64,000 nucleotides of DNA from Felis catus (lineage: Eukaryota), in assembly GCF_018350175.1 (NCBI RefSeq), contig NC_058371.1, positions 200,880,001 through 200,944,000 of the forward strand. Direction: 5' to 3'. The position numbers were made by a program, and so were the translations under genes. How positions within the stretch are numbered: position 1 is the first letter of the stretch; every line of letters begins with the position of its first letter. This document shows positions 59,179 through 64,000 of the stretch, piece by piece. The notes beneath the pieces are model-generated. The model made no database searches. It was not told the origin of the DNA and saw nothing but the letters and a program-made list of their open reading frames with translations.

Positions 59179-59559
59179 GGGGGGGGGCCTCACTTCAGAG
59201 GCTTAACTAGCCTGTTTCTCCTGACTGGTCCTGTCCTCCAGGGTCAAGGTGAAAGCTTGGCAGGTGTGTGTGTGTGTGCACCAGTCCTGCCAGGAGGCTG
59301 GCGGTCTCACCAGACTTCTCCCCAGGAAGCATGAAGGACCCGGAGGGGACTTGTACAGAATGACGTGGGTGTTGGAAAGAGAAGACTCAGGTAGGGCCTC
59401 ACCTACCGAGCCGCGGCTCAAGCCTGGCTTCGTTCCCATCTGGGAAACGGCGGAAGGCAGTCTGCTCTTTCACGGGAGGGATGAGGATTTGGGGAGGTTC
59501 CTGACGTCTGCGTTAGAGCTGCGTAAGTAGCAAAGGAGACCGAGGGGCCTGGGAGTCAC

Positions 59560-59745
59560 AGATTTGGGTTCAGGCCCCAGCTGCTGCCACATAAAAGTGG
59601 AGCTCTTGGGTGAGCCACGGGCCTCAGTTTCCTCCTCTGTACAAGGGGGGGTAATACGTAGCACGTAGGGCTATGAGGGCTATGAAAACAGAATGGTGAT
59701 GTTAGGAGCTTAGAACAGAACCTGGTACTCGTTAAGTTGTAGTTT
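59560..59745 (+). mobile_element. MIR
   Basis: gggcctcagtttcctcctctgtacaagggggg core; agaacctggtactcgttaag end. Confidence 0.65.
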
Positions 59746-59885
59746 TAGTGATGCTCTGGGGGTGTTGGGTGCTGTAGACCTGGTCCTGCCCTCTTGAAAC
59801 TTTGACCCTGTGACAGGTGTATTCCCAGGCCATGGTTGATGGAAAGGAGCCAGAACCTGTCTCCTCTCAAGATTAAGGGTACGGA

Positions 59886-60065
59886 GGGGCCCCTTGGCGG
59901 CTCGGTCGGTTGGGCATCTGACTCTTGACTTCGGCTCAGGTCATGACCCAGGGTCGGGGGATTGAGTCGCCCCCCACTCCAGCCCCCGCCCAACTGAGTG
60001 AGGAGGCTGCTTGGGATTCTCCCTCTGCCCCGTCCCCCACTCGTGCTCTATGGAAAAAAAAAAAG
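59886..60065 (+). mobile_element. Can-SINE (diverged)
   Basis: ggggccccttggcggctcggtcggttgggcatctgactcttgacttcggctcaggtcatga, A tail. Confidence 0.85.
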
Positions 60066-60400
60066 ATTTAAGGATATGGAACTCAGTGGTGGAGCAGGGC
60101 TGATGGGACGTCCGGCAGCAAGGGCAGGCGTGCCCTCCTTGGAGGGTCAGGGAGAGCAGAAGTGTCCCGGGTGCTGACGGGGTGTGAGAAAGCAGCATCC
60201 AGGGAGGAGCTGGGACAGGGAGGGCGGCGGCGAGCAAAGGCCTGTGGACAGGAGGGAGCCTCCGAGTGGGTGGGCAGTATTATTTTTGCCCCAGGCCACC
60301 GACGAGTGGAGGTGTTTCTGCCGGGGACGTAACTGAGTCATTTGGGTTTGGCCTTGTAAACTGCTTATTGACGAAGACTTGGTCAAGACTTTGTGCCTCT

Positions 60401-60625
60401 GCTTTCTTTTTTTTTTTTTTTTTTTTTTAACATTTATTTATTTTTGAGAGAGAGAGAGAGACAGAGAGTGAGTGGCAGGGGAGCAGAGAGAGAGGGAGAC
60501 ACAGAATCCAAAGGAGGCTCCAGGCTCCGAGCTGTCAGCACAGACCCTGACGGGGAGGCTCGAACCCACGAACTGTGAGATCATGACCTGAGCCGAAGTC
60601 GGACGCTCAACTGACTGAGCCACCG
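60401..60625 (-). mobile_element. SINEC_Fc with long T tail
   Basis: Long poly-T, typical body, ends ctgagccacc. Confidence 0.95.
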
Positions 60626-60647
60626 CTTTTTAAAGAGAAGAAAATTA

Positions 60648-60759
60648 GGGGAGCTTGGCTGGCTCAGTCAGTAGAGAGAGCAACGTTGGATCTCAGGGTC
60701 GTGAGTTCAATCCCCACTTTGGGCACGGAGCCTACTTTAAAAAATATGTATATGTACAG
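60648..60759 (+). mobile_element. Short Can-SINE with 17-bp perfect TSD
   Basis: TAAAGAGAAGAAAATTA at 60631-60647 and 60760-60776. Confidence 0.9.
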
Positions 60760-62439
60760 TAAAGAGAAGAAAATTAAACTTCTGTTCAAGATGGAATTGT
60801 GTTCCAGAACCTCGTTCAGAGTCACTGCCGTCTGCTTCCTGACTTGTGTTGCAGACCTACCCCCGTGGGGAGAAGGGCATTCGAGTGTCTCGGGCCCCTT
60901 CCCTCTTTGCTCGCTACAGAACTCAGTTTTGTGACTGGTAAATAAAATGCGGGTGGTCTTGTTGCCTGGGATGAAAGCCTTCCTCATGTCTGCACTTGAC
61001 GTTTTGTGTGTTTTTCCAGGTCTGGGAGAGGTGATGATGGCTGGTCATCATTAACCTTGTATCGCGTGCCTGTGGCTGGCCGCCTGGGCCCGGAAGAAGT
61101 GGGGAGGGAGCCTGCTGCCACGGCCACTGCTGCGGGCGAGGGGTTTTGTCTGAGGCTCTGGGGAGCAAGTGCAGAGGGAGGAAGTCTCTTACTTTCCGAA
61201 CCATCATGTGCCCGCTGGTGCTCACCGGGTGGCGCGGTAGCCCGTCGTCACTCCTCGTCACTCGCTTGCTGTGTCTCTTGTCCGCACACGATGCCTGGAC
61301 TTGACGGCGGGGATTTTCTTCCTCATCTTGTGACCTCCGCTGCTCACCATGTTCTTGAAGCGTAGCCCAGCTCTCAGCAGAGGTTTCTTGGATGGACTGT
61401 CCCTGAAACCTGCCCTCTTAGGACATCGTTGTTAATAATGATTAACTCCGCAAATGGATTTTTGAGTCCTCAGTCCCTGCCAGGCAGTGGCATCTGGAAC
61501 CCGTTAGCTTAGCGCTGTACCTGCCCGAAGCCTAGAAACCAGCCGAGAGACATGGGGACAGCTGTAAATACAGTTATGTGAAGGGTGTGGCCAAAAAGAG
61601 CCCAAGAGGAAGGGGGATCCGCAGCTTCCTGGGGGGAGTAGGGGAAGGCTTCTCAGAGGAGGTGGTCTCGCAGGTGGGCTGGGTCTCCCTGCGGCATACG
61701 TACCAGATCCCCAGGGGCGCCCGTGGCCAAGCTAGGGAGAGCATCCGGGCAGTGGGGCCGGGCGGCGGGGTTTTGAGAGGCGCGAGGGTGACGGCACGAG
61801 GCTGCTGAGGCTGGCAAGGATGGGCTCGGGGGGCCCCCCGTGCCGGCTCGGGGAATTCAGGCTGATCCTGTCTTTAGAGAACGTGTGACTTGGAGGCCGG
61901 CATCTGCAGCTGGCCTCCTGGCAGGCTTCCAGAGTCCACCCTGCAGCCTCTCTGAGAAGCGGGCGCTTTGTCTGCGCAGCCTCGGAAGGCAGGTGCTCTG
62001 GACCGCGGCTTCTGGCTTCCTTGTACTGGTGGCCCCGAGGCGGAAGGGCTTGAGGACAGGTGGCCTCGGCCCTTGCGGGGTTTGGTTTAAGAGTGTGTTG
62101 CAAATGGAAGTACGTTCTTGCTTTTCCGTTTATTTCCCTGAAGGCTGCCACCTTGTTTGTGAGGCTTAAGGAACTTAAGCTGGACTTGGAAGCAGTGGAG
62201 CCTTCAAAGCTCATTCGTTTTCTCCTCAGAAGAGGCCCTCGTCCCGCTGTCCTGGCCCCCAGGGCTCTGCCAGACCTGCTTCGTTCACCTTCCGCATGCT
62301 TTCACCCGGGCGATTCGGAGCAGGGGTCCTAGTGTTCACTGAGCACGCTCGTTTTGTGTTCCTGTTTTAGTGTCAGAAGCTCAGTCTGAACACAGTTTTT
62401 GCAGGTACTCGGCTCTTTATGTGGCTGAAGGAGAGGAAA

Positions 62440-62600
62440 TTCGCATTTACTGGGCACCTGCTGTGGTCAGATGTGGGGCGTGCCCACGTGCCCATAAACG
62501 AGATGCCTCATCTCATTTATCCTCAGAGCAGCCGTGAGTTTCGTGCTGTTGCCCCGTTTAACTGCCGGGCACCAGGAAGGTTCAGCTTCTCCCCGTGGTA
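62440..62600 (-). mobile_element. MIR
   Basis: gcatttactgggcacctgctgtgg...ctcatttatcctcagagcagccgtgag. Confidence 0.55.
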
Positions 62601-63784
62601 AGTGGCAGGGCCAGAATTTCATTTCAGCTGGCCAGGTCACCAGGCTTCCGGCTCCGCTCACGGTGAAGGTTTCCTCTTGTGTTGCTGGCTTTTTGCCAGC
62701 CTGACCTGTCAGAGTGTTGACGGTGTTTTGATAATTCTAGGACCTTTTGACATTGCCAGACGTTAGCTCTTAACTACGTGCTAAAAATGTTTCTTACCGT
62801 ATTCTCCTTTTGATTAAAAAAAGAAAAGTGTACAATTCTCCAGTCCGGGTACCTGTGAATCTCTCTGTGTCTCGCCCTTGTGAATCCTGTTGCTACAGAG
62901 AGGGGTTGAGTTCGGGCACTTTCCTAGAGCAGGGTCTCAGGGTCTCAGAGTTTGCCGTGGCTTTGCCTGGAGGAGCTCGGGGCTGGGGACGCAGAGTGGA
63001 GGCTCCAGCCCAGGAAACCGAGGGCGGCGGGCACCGTGAGACACCGAAACTGTGTTCACGTGTGCCGAGGTGATGCCAGATTCTTTCGGAGAATAAACCA
63101 AGTTTTTGCGCTGCAGGTTAGAGAAGCACTTCAGGTGACACATTTATAGTTTTATATTTGCATTAGAGTCTACTTTGGCATTTCTGTTTTGGTGCAGTGC
63201 GGTGCGGTTCTGCCTTCTAAGAAAAATTGATAATTGATCAGTACAACATCATGACTAAATAATCCTTACTCACTCGGTCCTATTTCAAGTTTTTATACAT
63301 AGTTCAGTCTATTTTTGAATTCTGCACTTTGATTCATTCCTTCACGTTTCTATTTTGGCTCCAGTGCTGCACGGTCTGGCTGGTTCCTTCGATTTCTGGG
63401 AGGGAGGGAGATCACCCCCGCCCTCTGGTTCGCTTCTAGTGGATTTGCTTTTGCTGTGTTGACGTGGGGAAGGGGCCGGGCTTCCTGACGGGGTTTAGGA
63501 AGGCCCAGTGACCCCCAGGAGGGGGCGGCTACCGTTGTTGCCGCCATGCTTCAGAACCTTCCACCGCTGCCTCTTGGACGACGGCCGTTGCCAAGAGAGT
63601 GCCTTTGGAATGCTTTTCTTGCCACTTTTCTTAATTCTGCCCGGGCAGTCCAGCGCAGCTGGGGTCAGAGCCCAGGAAGAGTCCCATTGGAACCCAAGAA
63701 AGTGCCGTTCTTTATCTTGTCTTATGCCGCGGATCAGATTTCAGTAACCCCATCAAGGTTCTTGAGTTTTGACATTTTATGTAC

Positions 63785-63984
63785 TTTATTTTTAAAATTT
63801 ATTTTTGAGAGAGAGGGAGAGAGAGCATGAGCGGGACAAGGGCAGACAGAGGGAGACAGAAGGTCCGAAGCGAGCTCTATGTTGACAGCACTGAGCCCAA
63901 TGAGGGGCTCCCACTCGACACACCGTGAGATCATGACCTGAACCGAAGTCAGATGCGTACCCGACTGAGCCACCCAGGCGCCCC
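63785..63984 (-). mobile_element. Can-SINE
   Basis: Typical body, head gagccacccaggcgcccc. Confidence 0.95.
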
Positions 63985-64000
63985 AGTTAGTTGTGGCGTT

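Noticed and set aside
1509-63984. tRNA genes or a CRISPR-like array
   Set aside because: tRNA-like A/B boxes belong to tRNA-derived Can-SINE heads; repeats are dispersed retroposons, not regularly spaced repeat-spacer units
55420-64000. TBC1D14 coding exon
   Set aside because: No ORF resembling the recalled N-terminus (MTDGKLSTSTNG...) or a TBC domain; coding exons should lie beyond the window

Overview
Mammalian (feliform carnivore, most likely felid) genomic DNA, judged from dense SINEC_Fc-type Can-SINEs and carnivore L1 3' ends. The window holds the 3' part of KIAA0232 on the + strand: seven coding exons at ~5437-5574 (mostly hidden in an N run), 17282-17348, 18558-18639, 20670-~23967 (giant exon, 3' end hidden in an N run), 30190-30298, 35136-35233 and 37195-37374, then a ~2.3 kb 3'UTR. 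After ~14 kb of intergenic DNA comes a large CpG-island promoter (~53.9-55.4 kb), assigned by synteny to TBC1D14; none of its coding exons lie in the window. The rest is SINE/L1/L2/MIR/hAT repeats. I found no prokaryote-type system, RNA gene or new protein-coding gene, and no evidence of a wholly new biological system. Best leads: one retrotransposition target site apparently used twice (three copies of a 17-bp target at 46-47.4 kb); N runs sitting on conserved exon and L1 sequence (looks like masking); GC-biased, mosaic divergence inside the giant exon; splice-site features predicting unannotated KIAA0232 isoforms; a tandem SINE pair sharing private variants; and a duplicated GC-box module plus a candidate uORF in the downstream promoter. 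Comparisons with human KIAA0232 and repeat consensuses are from memory and need an alignment; repeat boundaries are approximate.
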